Below the pieces are notes generated by a model. It had not been told where the DNA came from and ran no database searches. It saw only the letters and a list, made by a program, of their open reading frames with translations. A stretch of 64,000 bases of DNA, taken from Tubulanus polymorphus. Lineage: Eukaryota; Animalia; Nemertea. The first letter of the stretch is position 1; every line of letters begins with the position of its first letter. The stretch spans positions 13,938,275-14,002,274 of the forward strand of contig NC_134032.1 in the NCBI RefSeq assembly GCF_964204645.1. The letters are read 5' to 3'. This document shows positions 26,701-41,700 of this stretch, one piece after another. Both the position numbers and the translations under genes were made by a program.

Positions 26701-29700
26701 GGCGGCTGCGGCAGCTGCATTTTCTGCCTATAATATAATAACAATCATGATGTTAAGGTTTAAGAAAACAACAAAAAACTTTGTCAAAATTTATGCAGTT
26801 TCTAAAAGCGTTTCGATAACACGAATCGTAATTAGAGAGATAATGGGGCTAATTCCCTATATGAAATCAAAAGCTGAAAGAGAGCCTGCAAACAAGAGCA
26901 TTTCAAGAGCTCAACTAATGCAGCGCAAAGTTTCCAAACAAACCAAGAAATCACAATTTCAAAGTTTTTCTTGATTTCTTGTTATAGTACATTCGCCGTT
27001 TATGTATAGCAGTTCCGGTCCATTGGATAATCCTTTCATTATCGCTTTCATGAAATTTGAATAGTAGGGAACTGGCACGCCAGCTATCCCTTCAGATGGC
27101 ACCGCTTAGGTATGTGAGACAATCTAATGGGACAGAAAGTGAATTTCACAGACGTCGTCTGTGCGACAAGAAGTCATCAAATTAGAGCATCGATATTTTG
27201 TCGCGCATCTCTTATTGTATTAATAGTGAGCACTGGATCATATCATTACGGTTAAAAATACCCGACTATTTGATATCTCTAATTTGAGTAGTTTTCACCT
27301 GAATATATGACAACGCAAGGGCTCTAATAACTTACTCTTCGGCGTCTCAGCCGCGGCGATCGCCTCAGCGGCGGTATCTCGTCTCTCTGGAAAAAACAAA
27401 ACAATCAACATTGATTAAATCATCGAAACATTAGATGATTTCTTACTGATTGGAGAATTCGGTATCAGAATAGCTCGGTAGGACCAGAGAGATTCAGGGA
27501 TTCTATATGTGAATAGCTCGGTAGGACCAGAGAGATTCAGGGATTCTATATGTGAATAGCTCGGTAGGACCGGAAAGGTTCAGGGATTCTACATATGAAT
27601 AGCTCGGTAGGACCGGAAAGGTTCAGGGATTCTACATGTGAATAGCTCGGTAGGACCGGAAAGGTTCAGGGATTCTATATGTGAATAGCTCGGTAGGACC
27701 GGAAAGGTTCAGGGATTCTATATGTGAATAGCTCGGTAGGACCAGAGATTCAGGGATTCTATATGTCTTCCTGTTCATTGACGTGTCAGTAATGATCAAC
27801 ACATTCAGTGTATTTGATGCATTATAATTATTTTCACTTATAGTTCAAACTTACATCAGCTTGCGGCGGCGGCGGCGGCGGCGTCGCAGGTGTTTCAGTC
27901 TAAAAAGTAAAAAAACGATATTTCCATCGGTTATAAAAAGATGAAAATGATTCATTTCAACTTAACATAATAAAACTTGGTTCCACAGTTCAGGACCCAG
28001 TCCCACAGTTACAGAACCTGCCTCCGCAGTACTGTTCTGGACCCAGTTCCACAGTTCAGAGTTATGATCTACTAAAGAGTTACAGATGCTGGATCCTAGT
28101 TTTCCAGCCAATGATATTCAGTTAGTTCCGTGCGCTGGTCATCAAGCCGATTGTCATAAATTTCTAGATCTCTCCCTGTCCCGCCGCCCCAGAATTAGGT
28201 ATTTTTACTTTTTTTTGGTTTAGATTTTTTGGTGCCACAAGATCCAAAGCAGAAGAATTCTACACTATTTTAATTCTTTTTCCGATGCAGATTTTGAAAA
28301 CAATAAAATATCCTCATAATCATTGGTGAACCACAATGATAATAATCTACATGACTTAAAACAGGAAATAATGGTCAAGTCTTCATGAATAACCATGAAC
28401 TGTGGGTGCAGAGACGCGAAAATCACTTGAAAAGTGGTTCGAACGCTCGGACAACTGGAAACATTTAAAAATTTGTCAGTTATTACCATAGTTTATCATT
28501 GTTACAATGGAGGTTGTCACCTATGTTGAGGATTTACCGCTAGGGGCAACATTGAAACCCGGTCTATGAAATCGGGCCACGGTTGAGGATTTACCCCTAG
28601 GAGAAAATAATGTGGTCTATAAAACCCTGCCCAGATTATCGAACTTAAAATGATTTGACGCAAATCAAACTTACTTTAACCGGTCCGATGCGTGCCCGTT
28701 TAGGGCTAACGGGGTCCTATAAAATAAAAACAAGTTGAAATCAACATCCAGAATTTTCAAACATATTTCTGAAGGAAATCTCAATTTCATATTATCTTAA
28801 TAATCTTTGGTGAGCCACGAAAATGATAATCTACACAACTAAAAAATGGAAATGAATAATCATGAACTGCGGGTGCAGAAACGACAACACCACTTGCAAA
28901 AAGGGCTTCAACAAACTCTCCACAATCACAAATTCAGAGGCACGTACTACCATCGCGAAAATCTTGTGCCATTTTTTCCATTCCCAAAATAGATGTTCAA
29001 GCCATTTGGAAAGTGGTTTTTTTTCACATCGACAAACTCTCGTCGCAATCACAAATCATACTTGTCGTAAGCTTAAACTTTCACAAGATCCCGTCGGCAG
29101 GCGGACAGACGGAGAGACAGGCACACAGACGGAGAGACAGGCACACAGACGGAGAGACAGGCACACAGACGAACGGACTGTAAAATGATTTGATGAAATT
29201 CAAACTCACCGATGCCGGTACCTTGAGCTTCCTCTTCTATAAAATGAAAAAATCAACTTTAGTTTAACGACGTCAACAAAAATTCAGACATATTTCATCT
29301 GCAGTCGTTTGTGTTCAACTGTTAATTCAATAGAAATGTTCACAATATTTACCGGCACATTCACGCACGTGTGGAATTCATTTCTCTACATAAAAAGAAA
29401 AACAAGAGCTCAATTTAGCATTTATGAAAATCAGAATAAATTATCTCAAATCTCGCATTTTTTTAATAGCTTGGTTGACAAGGTAGACTATTGAAATATC
29501 ATTTCCATATCATTTAAAAAAAAAAGAACTCGCTCAGCGCGATAAACACAGTTTTTGAAGGAAGAGGGAACTATCGATTGGGCAATATACATATGTCCAA
29601 AACAATGATCCTTGGAAAGTTCGAATTCTGCACACAAATGTGATCAAAAAAGAATAAACGTGTGTTTTTCAATTTTTCCATCATTCAAGCCGGGATTCTC

Positions 29701-32700
29701 ATTCGGCGAAGGTGAAAACTTTTTTGCTCGTTTTCCACTGAATTTGTTCCACGGATGGGAGTAAAAAAAAATTCTATTTTTGTTTGACTTTTCTTCAAAT
29801 TTCGGGAGGCGGTTCCCGTAAACCAAGCTATTATAGAAAAAGCCTCATCTGGTGAACCATCAAAAATAGTTATTATTACGTTATAGGTTGTTACTAATGA
29901 TCGGATTTATGAGAACCACAACGGTATAGTGTACATTATGGAATAAAGTTCAAGTTTTTGTCAGTAGATGGCAGGCAGGTGGTATTTATAAAGTGACTGG
30001 GTGTCAACATGTGTAACTGAAATTGTCTATTGAAAACTTACGTCAATTTGCACAATACGCGCGATTTCCGATTCCTAGAAATGTAAAGAAAAAAAATTCT
30101 GAAATCAAGTTTTGAATAACTATACCACGGATGAAAGATTCCATGATCTAAATTCTTAGTTGACCCTCGCTTTAGAGACTATTTTGAGGATAATTGAACC
30201 GATGGATGCTGCGCGACATGATTTCAATATTCTACTAACTCGGTCTGAAGAACATTCACATCGATACAAAACTGTGACCGAGCCGCAACTTTTAAACATT
30301 CTTAGTTTCACTTAAAAACATTGCTTCACGCTATTATCAATACCAATTTTACGAATAATATGAACTCGGTAAGATGAATATTCGCATCGATACAAACTGT
30401 GACCGAGTGCGACTACTTTCAAACACTCTTTAGATAATACTGGATTCAGCTGCGATTAATTTAGGACCGAAGATACTATTGTACATAGCTTAATCAGTAG
30501 CGGATCCAAACTAGATTCCATTGTATTCCGGAATATAGTCGGAATAACATATTTTTTTTTAAAGTAACTCGATCCAACAGAATGTCCCAGATACAAGGAA
30601 ATTAGATCATATTTCAAAATTTTTAATGGTTAGGACCCCTAAACTGCGGCAGCTGCAGCGGTCAGTCAGGCAAAAAATATCTTTAAGGAATATAGCCAAA
30701 TTCACCAGTCCCCCACGGAACTGCCCCTAAGTAATGACATTTTAGAATTGAACCCATGATACCGTATAGCGGCTGCAAACAGATCGGTCACAATTACCAG
30801 TGTTTATGTTTTCGAACAACAAATAAGCTAGCAAAAACTAGGTGCCTTTAGCCTACGAGCAAAATTGTTGAGCAAAATTGTTCGTAGCTTTAGCCAAGTT
30901 TGACCTTGGTGGAGATATGCTATGGGATCTCTTAGAACATGGATAACCTAGGGCGAACTCTTTTATCAAATCGGAGAATCCGTTTGCCTCCAGTCGTACT
31001 CTTTTATTGGTCACGTGACTTGTTGGAGTCTCCGAAAACTCCTTTCTGTCGAGGTGGTGTGATTCGGATTTTTTGGTGCCAACCGAAGATTTCGGACGGA
31101 GACTTCGGAGGTCATAAAAGAGTACGCCCTTAGGGATATTTCAGCAGGAAAATCAATATCAGATTATAATTATCTGGTAAACTACGAAAATAATTATCTT
31201 TTACAACTTACGATAATGGTAGGAGCCTCGGGCTCCGGCGGCGGCGGCTCTGGGAAATCATCATTCTAGTAATCAAAATGAAATATCATGAAAAATTCTA
31301 GCTAACCCTAAAAGCAAGTATATATGGAGCCACCCATTAATGAAAGGGATGGCTCCAAATTCACTGAGAACGAGTAGGCGATCAAAAGGATATTTACCCA
31401 AAGGTCGTCGAATAAGTTGATGTCCTATAAAAAAGAATACAAAAAATTTATTACGATAAAGTATACTTATGTTTTTGGTAAATGACGCTTACTGATCACA
31501 AGTGACATATGGTCACGATAGTATCACAATTGCTTGCCGGTGAGGCTAGGCGTTCACCAGAGCCAAGTTTCATAGATGTTGGGAAAAAATAATACCAGCT
31601 GGGATCATTTCGAAATTTTTCAGTTATTACCAAGGTTTTCATTATGAAGTTATCACCTATGTTGAAGATTTACCTATAGGCAACCAACACGGCTGCCAAC
31701 CTCTGAAAAGTGCTATCGGTAACAAATTGTAATATGAAAGTAAATGTTCAAATCAATCAGTAATCAACAGTAAGACCCTCAGTTAGATCTTTCATACTTC
31801 TCATATGCATCGAACAAATCAAATCAGTATTTCTTGTCATAAAAGAGTAACAAATACCGAAAATCAGGAACAGTTGGCAGCTCTGGGTAACATTCATATC
31901 CGGTTTACAAAATCGGGCTCAGGTTGAAGAAATACCTCGAGGGTATTATTGATATACAGTCTATGAAACAGGGCTAAGGTTATCAATATTTAACATCGAT
32001 ATCGAAAATGATTTAATGAAATTGAAACTTACCTCCTCGCGCCGAATTTTCGGCGGGCTTACAGGTTGCTGTAAAATATTTTAAAAAAAGTTGAAATCAA
32101 CATTCAGATGTTGATACACATTTCTTTAGTAAATCTCAACTTTCAGATAGTCGTAATCTATAGTGAACCACAATGATAATAATCTACACGACTTAAAACA
32201 GGAAATAATCGTCAAGTCTTCATGAATAACCATGAACTGTGGGTGCAGAGACGTGAACATCACTTGGAAAGTGGTTCCACCGACGCTCGGACAATCGGAC
32301 TTTTTTCAATATTCAAAAACCAACATACAGAAACCAATGACCTTTAATGTCGCCACAATCATAGAACATGTCGAAAGCATAAAACTTACGACCACAAGTC
32401 AGCACAACAAGATCCTGTCTACAAGACAGACACAGACAGACACAGACAGACACAGACAGACACAGACAGACACAGACAGACCGAGGGTAGACCACTTTTT
32501 TCCCTGATTTTGTAGTATTAAGAATTTATAAATCCCCTGTGTTTTCCAGGATTTTGGTAAAAATCTATCAAATTCCCCAATCTTTCTGATTCAATGAGAT
32601 TGCCAGGTTTTCTAGGACATTAGCACCCTTGAATTGCTGAACAATGCTTATACCACTGGCGATTGTGAGATCCTATCTATGGACGAAAAGACAGATTGAA

Positions 32701-35700
32701 AGTAATTACAGGAGAACGATTCGATAGAATTGAAACTGACCTCGTCGACGGATCGGCGTCGCTTTCTGGTGACCTATAAAATAAACAAGAAACATTGATT
32801 TAGATTTAATCATTTTTCAAGTTCATGATCACGTGTAGTTCGAACATGGAAAACATTTCATGAGAGAAATTGAGTGGAGCCGATTTAAGACTGCGAGGAA
32901 AGATATCAGTAATGTCAGCGATGAGCGAATACTAAAAACATGGCCAAAACTTACTTCTTTTGTTGTTGTTACTGTTTGTGAACACTGATGCCATGAAAGA
33001 AAAAAAGAGAATTAATTTTAGTTTTGTTATTTTATGTTCAGTAGCACACGTAGGTATCAATATACGTAATAAATGAGTTCTAAGTGACGGATGCCTCGTT
33101 ATAGATATTGTTTTGATTCCGTATCGTTATTTAATAAAACGAACAGGAGAATTTTTATGACTTTGTTCCCGGTATGAAATACATTGGCTGTCAGATAGAA
33201 ATGAACACGACAGAAAATCCATGATACAAAAAAATGCTGACTTACTTCCTTCGGTGACGCTGTTGGTTTCTGTTGCAATAAAAGAAAGAAAATTCAGTAA
33301 GTTTTTTTTTAAATATTTCATATACAGCAGCAAACGTTAATAAACACAGTAGACATAAAAACTGGACAGGTTTATATAGATATCTGTATCTGAAAAATGA
33401 TTTTGATGTCATTAGCATAAATATCTTACATTAAGTTAAGTGCAATTCCTGAGTGCTAATGGATTAAAGTTGACGTTAAGACAGGATCATCTACGCGGGC
33501 ATACACGGGAAACGAATGACGCTTAATTATAAAATTGAAACTTACTCGTGCAGGAATGGCCGCTGCCGCAGCTGTTGCTGTTGGTGTTGGTTTCTATTGC
33601 AATAAAAGAAAGAAAATTCAGCAAGTTTTTTTTTATATTTCATATTCAGCAGCAAACGTTAAACACAGAAGACACAAAAACTGGGCAGGTTTAATATCTG
33701 TGTCTGGAAATCGATGAAAATCACAAAAAATAATTGCCCATAGGCCAAGAGGTTTACCACAGCCTTATGAAATGCTTATATCAGGTAACGAAATAGGGAT
33801 GTAAAGTGTAAGGTGCGAGTAGTTTCGGTCTCGGTTAGAGAAATGAACGTTATCGCGGACCCAAGACAGAGCCGCTAAACCGCGCCGTTCATCAGTCAGA
33901 ATAGGACCAATTCCATCGCATCTCAGCTGCAGCCTCGGTACGGGAATTCAGAGCGTCGTTACGAAATGCGAGTTAAAAACACCTACTTCCCACTTAACCC
34001 ATTAGCACTCAAGCCGCCCGTATCCGCCCTGCCTATTACTCCTCAAGCCGCCCGAATCCGCCCCGGTACTTTTTTCGTATGCTGCACAAAAGTGGGATTC
34101 GAACCCGATAGCTTATAACAATCTACACACCTAAGTCCTCGAAATATCAAACAGAAAATCGACATCCTCCTATTTCAATTTCTCAAGTATTTCGAGTTTG
34201 AACATGACATATCTGAGCGTTCACTTAAAATCAATGTAGCAGTATGTTTGGATGAATTTCGGGGGGGGGGGGGCCCAAAAGGACACAAGGATTTTGGTGG
34301 CCCATCTCCTCAAATCTTACATCATATGAAAGCCTTGACTATTTACTACAAAATAACACTAACTTGTAATGCATGGAAATAAACAGCCAATGAGCTATTC
34401 GGTATCGCGATAAACTTGGATTTTAATTTTAATTTTCTGAGGAGTAATCGACACTACATAGTGCAATTCCTGAGTGCTAATGGATTAAAGTTGATGTTAA
34501 GACAGGATCATCTACGAGGGAATACACGGGAAACGAATGACGCTTAATTATAAAATTGAAACTTACTCGTGCCGGAATGGCCGCTGCTGTTGGTTTCTGC
34601 TGCAATAAAAGAAAGAAAATTCAGTTTTGTTTTATATTTCATATTCAGCAGCAAACGTTAATAAACACAGTAGACATAAAAACTGGACAGGTTTATAGAT
34701 ATCTGTATATGAAAAATGATTTTGATGTCATTAGCATAAATATCTTACATTAAGTTAAGTGCAATTCCTGAGTGCTAATGGATTAAAGTTGATGTTAAGA
34801 AAGGATCATCTACGAGGGAATACACGGGAAACGAATGACGCTTAATTATAAAATTGAAACTTACTCGTGCAGGAATGGCTGCTGCTGCAGCTGTTGGTTT
34901 CTGCTGCAATAAAAGAAAGAAAATTCAGTTTTGTTTTAAATTTCATATTCAGCAGCAAACGTTAAACACAGTAGACATAAAAACTGGACAGGTTTATATA
35001 GATATCTGTATCTGAAAAATGATTTTGATGTCATTAGCATAAATTTCTTACATGAAGTTAAAATCAAACATGGCACATGGTAAATCATTTTGAAGGGAAT
35101 CGAACTCAGATTAAATTCCGTAACTTTTGACAAAATTCTGATGAAAAGCTCTTTAAGAATCGATTGTTATATTATTTGATGATCATTGGTTTACATATAT
35201 CTGTTGGTTAATATTATCAATGAACTTGTGGTACAGTCGCCAATCCCACGCGAAAAATGATTTGGACGCTTGATAATCAGACTTATTTAATATTCAACGC
35301 CCCCTGGTGAAAATATACAAAAACCGTTGACCTTGAAACTCGTCACTATCATAGAAAATGTCGCAAGTGAACAGATGGAGAGATGAACGGACGGACAAAA
35401 AAGTCCATGATACAGAAAACTTCAAACTTACAAATGCTGCTGCTGTTGTTGCTGCTGCTGCTGTTGCTTTCATCTGCCATAAAAGAAAAGAGAATTCATG
35501 AATTTCTTGTGTTATTTCGTATTCAGTTGCAAACATTAAACATCGATCATATCTTGATTAAAACAACAACAAAAAACATGTTTTTTATCTGTGTTTGGAA
35601 AAGCTCTGATATTATGTAACTTTGAAATTGATATTTCTGTATGTTTGTTTTACGGTTTAAAAGATATAAAGTCCATTAAACAGAAAAAATTCAAACTTAC

Positions 35701-38700
35701 TTCTAATGCTTTTTTTTTCCTTTCCCTCTGTAAAAGAAAAGAGAATTCATTTATTTAGTTTTGTTATTTCAGACTCAGTAACTGTGTGACCTAAATCCGC
35801 CTGTAATTATTCGATAGAATTTACTTACTTCCATTTTTCTCTTCTCTTTCAGAGTCTATAAAGTAAAAACGATTCAATTAAATTTTTTTTCTATTTTCAA
35901 GAGTGATGAGAGTAATCAACAATAGAAATTTCAGCGACCTTAAACCAGAAATTATTGTGTGATTGTTTGGTATCAGCTGAGCTGTTAAAATGAGCAGAAA
36001 CTAAAACTTAGCAAAGTGGCAACAACTGGAAGACAGGTAGAGAATGTTGCAGTCTTCGTAAAAAACGACAGAGTTTACTTAATTTGTTATCGACTTCGAA
36101 AGAATTAAGCTTAGCCGTCTTAAAGCGAAGTTTCACGGGAATCCATCGAGAAATACAGGGCAAACTTTGGTTTTTTCGTAGCTAGTCGACCAATGGTTGG
36201 AAATCACTGAACGCGCAATAGCTCAGTCGAAACATATTCCAGCCATCTTGGAATCATGAAGTCCAAACTACAGCGACCGTGCTCAGTCGATCATTTCTGA
36301 CTATAGTTATAACTGACATTCTGTTGCACTTAGTTCACAAATAGTCGACTAAAAACTGCGATAACCAAAGTTCGTCCCGGCTGTGACGCGCTAAAAAGAA
36401 ATTCAAGATGGCCGCCGATGACATCCTTCAATAGGGGTTAACGTGTGCCCTATATCGCACCGAGGATTGCAGGCTGGATGATGCTGGGACTGCACACACT
36501 GAGTAAGATTAGATGGCCCCCACAACCGAAGAAACATTAATATACTCTCATATTTTAGTTGTCATAATCAAGTATGGATATTATTAACACTATTATTCTT
36601 ACCTCCTGCGCGACGAGTCGGTCGCGTAGTTCGTGGGCGTACTCGTAGCAGTTGTCAACTGCTACTTTCGGCCCACGAACTACTACAATTGGGTGTACCC
36701 TCGGCGTATCTACGATCACTTGCTGTAAATAGAGAACAAAAGAATCTGTATGAGCATTTTAAATCAGTAGCAGTTTGAAAGTGATGAGAAATAAACGTCA
36801 TTCACTGAAAGCTCGTTATGTACAACAATGAATTTCAGTAATCTGTTCGTTTATAATCGATATGAAATTATTAAAATGTTTTATTTTGGACGGAATTCTC
36901 AGGTTTATAATAAAACTAACAAATAGTTAGATAAGTCGTTATATCCAAAGTCATTTTAACGTGAAAGTAATGAATTGAATACAAAATGTATAGAGCATTT
37001 TAACCCTTTGACTGTTTAATTTATGTAATTAAAGTGGCTCCCCCTAGGGTAAGCTGCACTTCCTTTGAAATCAATCTTTCTCACATTACCGGATATTTTC
37101 TTGTCAGCGTTTTCTGGAACGAGGCCCTGAGCGACGTCCCCAACTTTAACTCGAAAACTGTTTCGATTTCCTGAAATATAAATGAAAAATTTTACATCTC
37201 CATAAATATCAATTAGAGGAAAACTGAAAGAGGTGTTTATTGACACCTTGAATGACACATGAATTGCTTGTCAACGATTGATGATATATGAATTAATCGG
37301 GGTCCAATTCTGTATTTTCCTTTCATAGGAATGAAAGTTACGAAAGCAGTGTTGTCGTATGTCAGTTACATCTTTATTCTTCAAGTTCTCCGTGTTCCTG
37401 TTCCGTCCGATGAGTCGGGGTAGTCAATCAGTGTGACTACTAGCAGGATCAATAAATATATGTTGATTTTGAATATATCGATGATTGAATTGAACTGACC
37501 GGCAAAATCTCTAGTCTCCAGCCCCGATATATCAACGAGGTAATACCGGTACACAAATGTCTATTGTCAATAAGACATATATAAAATTTATCGAACAGAA
37601 AACATACAGAATGAAATATGTTATATTACAAAATGGATAAGCGAACATTCACAATTGTAATTATTTTGAAATGCTCCAATATTGACATCTTCACCCGTCA
37701 AAGGATTCGAACCCACTACGCTAAAGCTGTTCCCCGAACCCCTTGACCTCACGAGTCGTTGGAGTCGTTACTAGCCGACCAGAATCCGGTCGTACCAATC
37801 ACAGCGCTTGTAACAAACCGTCAGTAGACTTCTGTTGGTTTTCCCGTTTAATGGACCAATCAGCGAACGTTTTACCGAACAAGGAAGTATTTCGCAAATC
37901 GATATATGACGTCACACGCAACAGCGCCAGTAATGAAATCACGCTTCGTGAGGCCAGGGGGCTGGTGGAAGCGAGTTCGGGAGTGAAACCGGACCCCTGG
38001 CAAGCGAGGATGCAATATTGATGACGTAGCACACATTGACTCACACAAAACCATAGGCGTCCCCGAGGGGGGTGCAGGGGTAGCGGACCCTCTTCAAGAT
38101 AGCTAACTTCTCAAGTTAACATGTAATCAATGTTCAAGATTTTTCTTGCCAATTTGACTTAAGTCCTTTAACTCTAAATGATTCATTTAGAGCCTGGAAA
38201 ACGTCTCTAAAGCGTCAAATTTAAAAATTGTTTTTGGGGGAGGCCCCCCAAACACCAGACATTGTGCTTGGATGCTTGATTGATGCTTATTCGAACCCCT
38301 TATGCAAATTCCTGGGGATGCCTATGAGAACCTGTTAAATAACGCACAGGTATGAATGTATATGAACATCTTTGTAATTCCGGTTTTTACGGCATCAAAA
38401 AAGTTGCGATATTTGCTTCGCTATTAACACTCCCGTTAAATTATACAGTCGAATTACTTAAGCTCATCTCTTACAGTTTTCACTCTATGGAGCTCGAAAG
38501 TTTCTATTGATTTTCCTACTTTTATGTTGACAATGATGGGCACTCTGAGGGTTTTTTTTTTATCATCTCTTACAGTTTTCACTCTATGGAGCTCGAAAGT
38601 TTCTATTGATTTTCCTACTTTTATGTTAACAATGATGGGCACTCTGAGGGTTTTTTTTTTTTATCAAATCACCCGTGAGTGCTGAAAGAGTTATGCCCTT

Positions 38701-41700
38701 GGATGATATATACCGGGAGGAGGGTTGATACGACGTGGCTCCTTAACTCATTTCCACCCAAACACGTACTCGTATGTTCGTTATCTCCCATCACATTCCT
38801 GTCAAAACCGTACTGGCAAAATGGTTGGCTTGTTTCTTAACTCAAAACCGTACTGATACGGTTGGCTTGTTTCTTAACTCTAAACTGTACCGATACGGTT
38901 GGCTTGATTCTTAACTCAAAACCGTACCGATACGGTTGGCTTGTTTCTTAACTCAAAACCGTACTGATACGGTTGGCTCGTTTCTTAACTCAAAACCGTA
39001 ATGATACGGTTGGCTTGATTCTTAACTCTAACGATAGATGGCGAATTCATCGCACAACACCAGTTAGTTTAATGCCTTTTACTACTAAACAAACTCATCA
39101 GTTGTTCTATACAGTGTGCGAGTGACATCATCTATTGAAATGGGGGCTGAACACGCATATATTCTGCAAAATACTCCCTCTGCACTGGTTATCGCTACAG
39201 ATTTTATCACTCTTAGACGAAATGCCGCTTATTTTACATGAAAATGCAAGACTAGATCAAAGATACAAAACAAATTTGATGAGAAGATATCTCTTCTAGT
39301 TTTTGTTTTATGAATCTCTGAAAAACACGGAAATCCTGGCAAAACGCAGCATTTCCTAAAAAAAATAGGCGTGGCAGGAAAAGAGTTACGAATTTTTTTC
39401 ATTTATATTCCCGCTTTTTTTTCTCATATACCCTAATTATTCATTCGCCTTAAGCCCGCCGCACCCGGCATAACATTTGTTTCGCCAAAACAGAAAACAC
39501 ACTTTTCAGAACACGTTTTGCCCACAAACAATAAAATGTTCAACGGACACGACATATTGCTGTTCGGCGTTTTGTGTTTTGCCTTCCCCGCACACGGCAT
39601 AACAAACAACAGGCTTAAACCTCATGTACTAACACAGTACAAATTATTTTCATCTCAAGTCTCAACATATTACAATTGATAACCAGCCAACAGAACGGAT
39701 ACATCTAAACTTACTTCGATGTCTGGGGACGCCAACTTGGACCTCGTTCCAGTGTGATGCTGTAAAAGAATAAAATTCATTAATACAAAGCCTAGGAATT
39801 GGTAAATCGACCTTCGAAAAAATCATCTTTTTTTGCAGAAAATCTACCAGGCAAAAGAAAAAAGCGAGTCGGAATCTATTCAATCGTTGCGCTTATGAAA
39901 ATCAGCACCAGTTTATGGGCATAAAAATGTGCGCCAAGAATTGAATTTGATGACCAATACAAATAAACCAAAAATAGACAGGTTTGATATCTGTAACCGA
40001 ATTGGATTTAGAGCCGCTTTTTTCAGGTCAAAAACGATAAGTTACGAAGGGAATCGAACTCTGATTAAATTCTGTAACTTTGATGATAATTCTGATGAAA
40101 AACTCATTAGAATCGGTTGTTTCAAGGTAACAGAAGAATTTATACTTACTGCCTTTGCTGCTGTTTGTTTACGCTGATGACATGAAAGAAAAAAAGAGAA
40201 TTCATTTTAGTTTTGTTATTTCACGTTCACACGTTAAATACAGTAAATATAAATACATCAATAAAAGAGATACATAAAATATATGCACATATATCCGTGA
40301 GCAAATGCTTCCAGATTTTACTGTGTGTGCTAATATTATATTAAAAAAACTTGATTTTAAAATAATTCTAAGTGACGGGAATTTATTTCATTGAAAGCAG
40401 GATTATTTTCATGACTTTGTTCCCGGTATGAAATATACGATGAAAATCACAAACAAATCATCGTCTGTCAGAAAGAAATAAACACCACAGAAATTCCATG
40501 ATACAAAAAACTTCTCACTTACCTCTGGTGCTGGTGCTGTTGTCGTCGTCGCTGAATTCTGTCGCAATAAAAAAAAGAAGAGAATTCATGAATTTCTTGC
40601 ATTATTTCATATTCACTAGCAAACATTAAACACAGGAGATCATATTATAATTAAAACAAAAGACAAGTTTTACATCTGTATTTGGAAAAACCCTGATATT
40701 TCTGTATTCGTTTGTTTGAGGGTTTTATTTAAACAATATAAAGTCCATTAAACAGAAAAATTCAAACTTACTGTATTTGTCGCTGTTGGTCTGTTCTGTT
40801 GCAATAAAAGAAAAGAGAATTCATTAATTTCTTGCATTAAAACTCTGATCTCTGTAACTTTGATATTTCTGTATTCATTTGTTTTACAGTTTGATTCAAA
40901 CGATATAGAGTCCATGAAACAGAAAAATTCAAACTTCTGTTGCTGCTGCTGCTGCTGCTGCTGCAGCAAACTGTCGCGATGAAAGTATAGTAATTAATTG
41001 CGTTGTTATTTCATATTGAGTAGCACACATTTAACAGAGATCATGATTAAAACGAATACCAGACAGGTTTAATATCTGGAAAAAGATTTCATCAGAGTAA
41101 ACTTGTTACAATGAGAGAAAACAAAAAACACCACGCGATAAATCAGTTTGATAATTCCTTTCATCGGGATATTTGCACTTTAAAAATGACAATTGTAATT
41201 ATTATCATTACTATTATCGTTATTACTACGAGTTTGATGATAATTATGAACTATACGTGCAAATATAAGCGTATGTGTAAGTGATCGCGCGCACAAATTG
41301 AAGACGAAATCAGTTGCAACTCGCTTAAAGAGTTATGAAGTTTCAATGACTCTCAGCGATAATGGTAGATATCATATTCCACCGAGGAGATTAATAGAAA
41401 ACTTACATTCACAAAATGTATTTCCGCTTCTACTGTAATCTAGAAAAGAGAATTAACATTCATATCTATAAAAATCATTCATTAAATGATCAATGAATCT
41501 AAGCGCCAGTTTTATGGAGACCAATGTTTACTTTAATAAATCTGGGTTAACTTGATTAAAAGTGAATTCAGTTAACTGAGCACGGGTTAAACATAATATC
41601 AGTCTAACCGGCTTCAGAGGACCAGGTTAAACAAAACAGGTTTATATAAAATGATATCATGAAATTGAAACTTACTGGCGGCGGAATTTCCTCCGGGACT

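Noticed and set aside
30797-30826. Extra 30-nt AG/GT-bounded candidate microexon
   Set aside because: Contains an in-frame TAA.
34093-34110. B-box-like motifs (also ~4100, ~43712, ~50568) as tRNA genes
   Set aside because: No cloverleaf can be built around them.
38464-38665. 99-bp duplication containing AG...GTAAGA as microexons
   Set aside because: 29 nt long, in-frame TGA and no pyrimidine tract.
38803-39030. Palindromic 37-bp repeats as a CRISPR array
   Set aside because: No unique spacers, no cas genes, eukaryotic intron context.
40748-40969. Poly-Q ORF
   Set aside because: Alternative frame of the poly-Ala pseudo-exon running into intron sequence.
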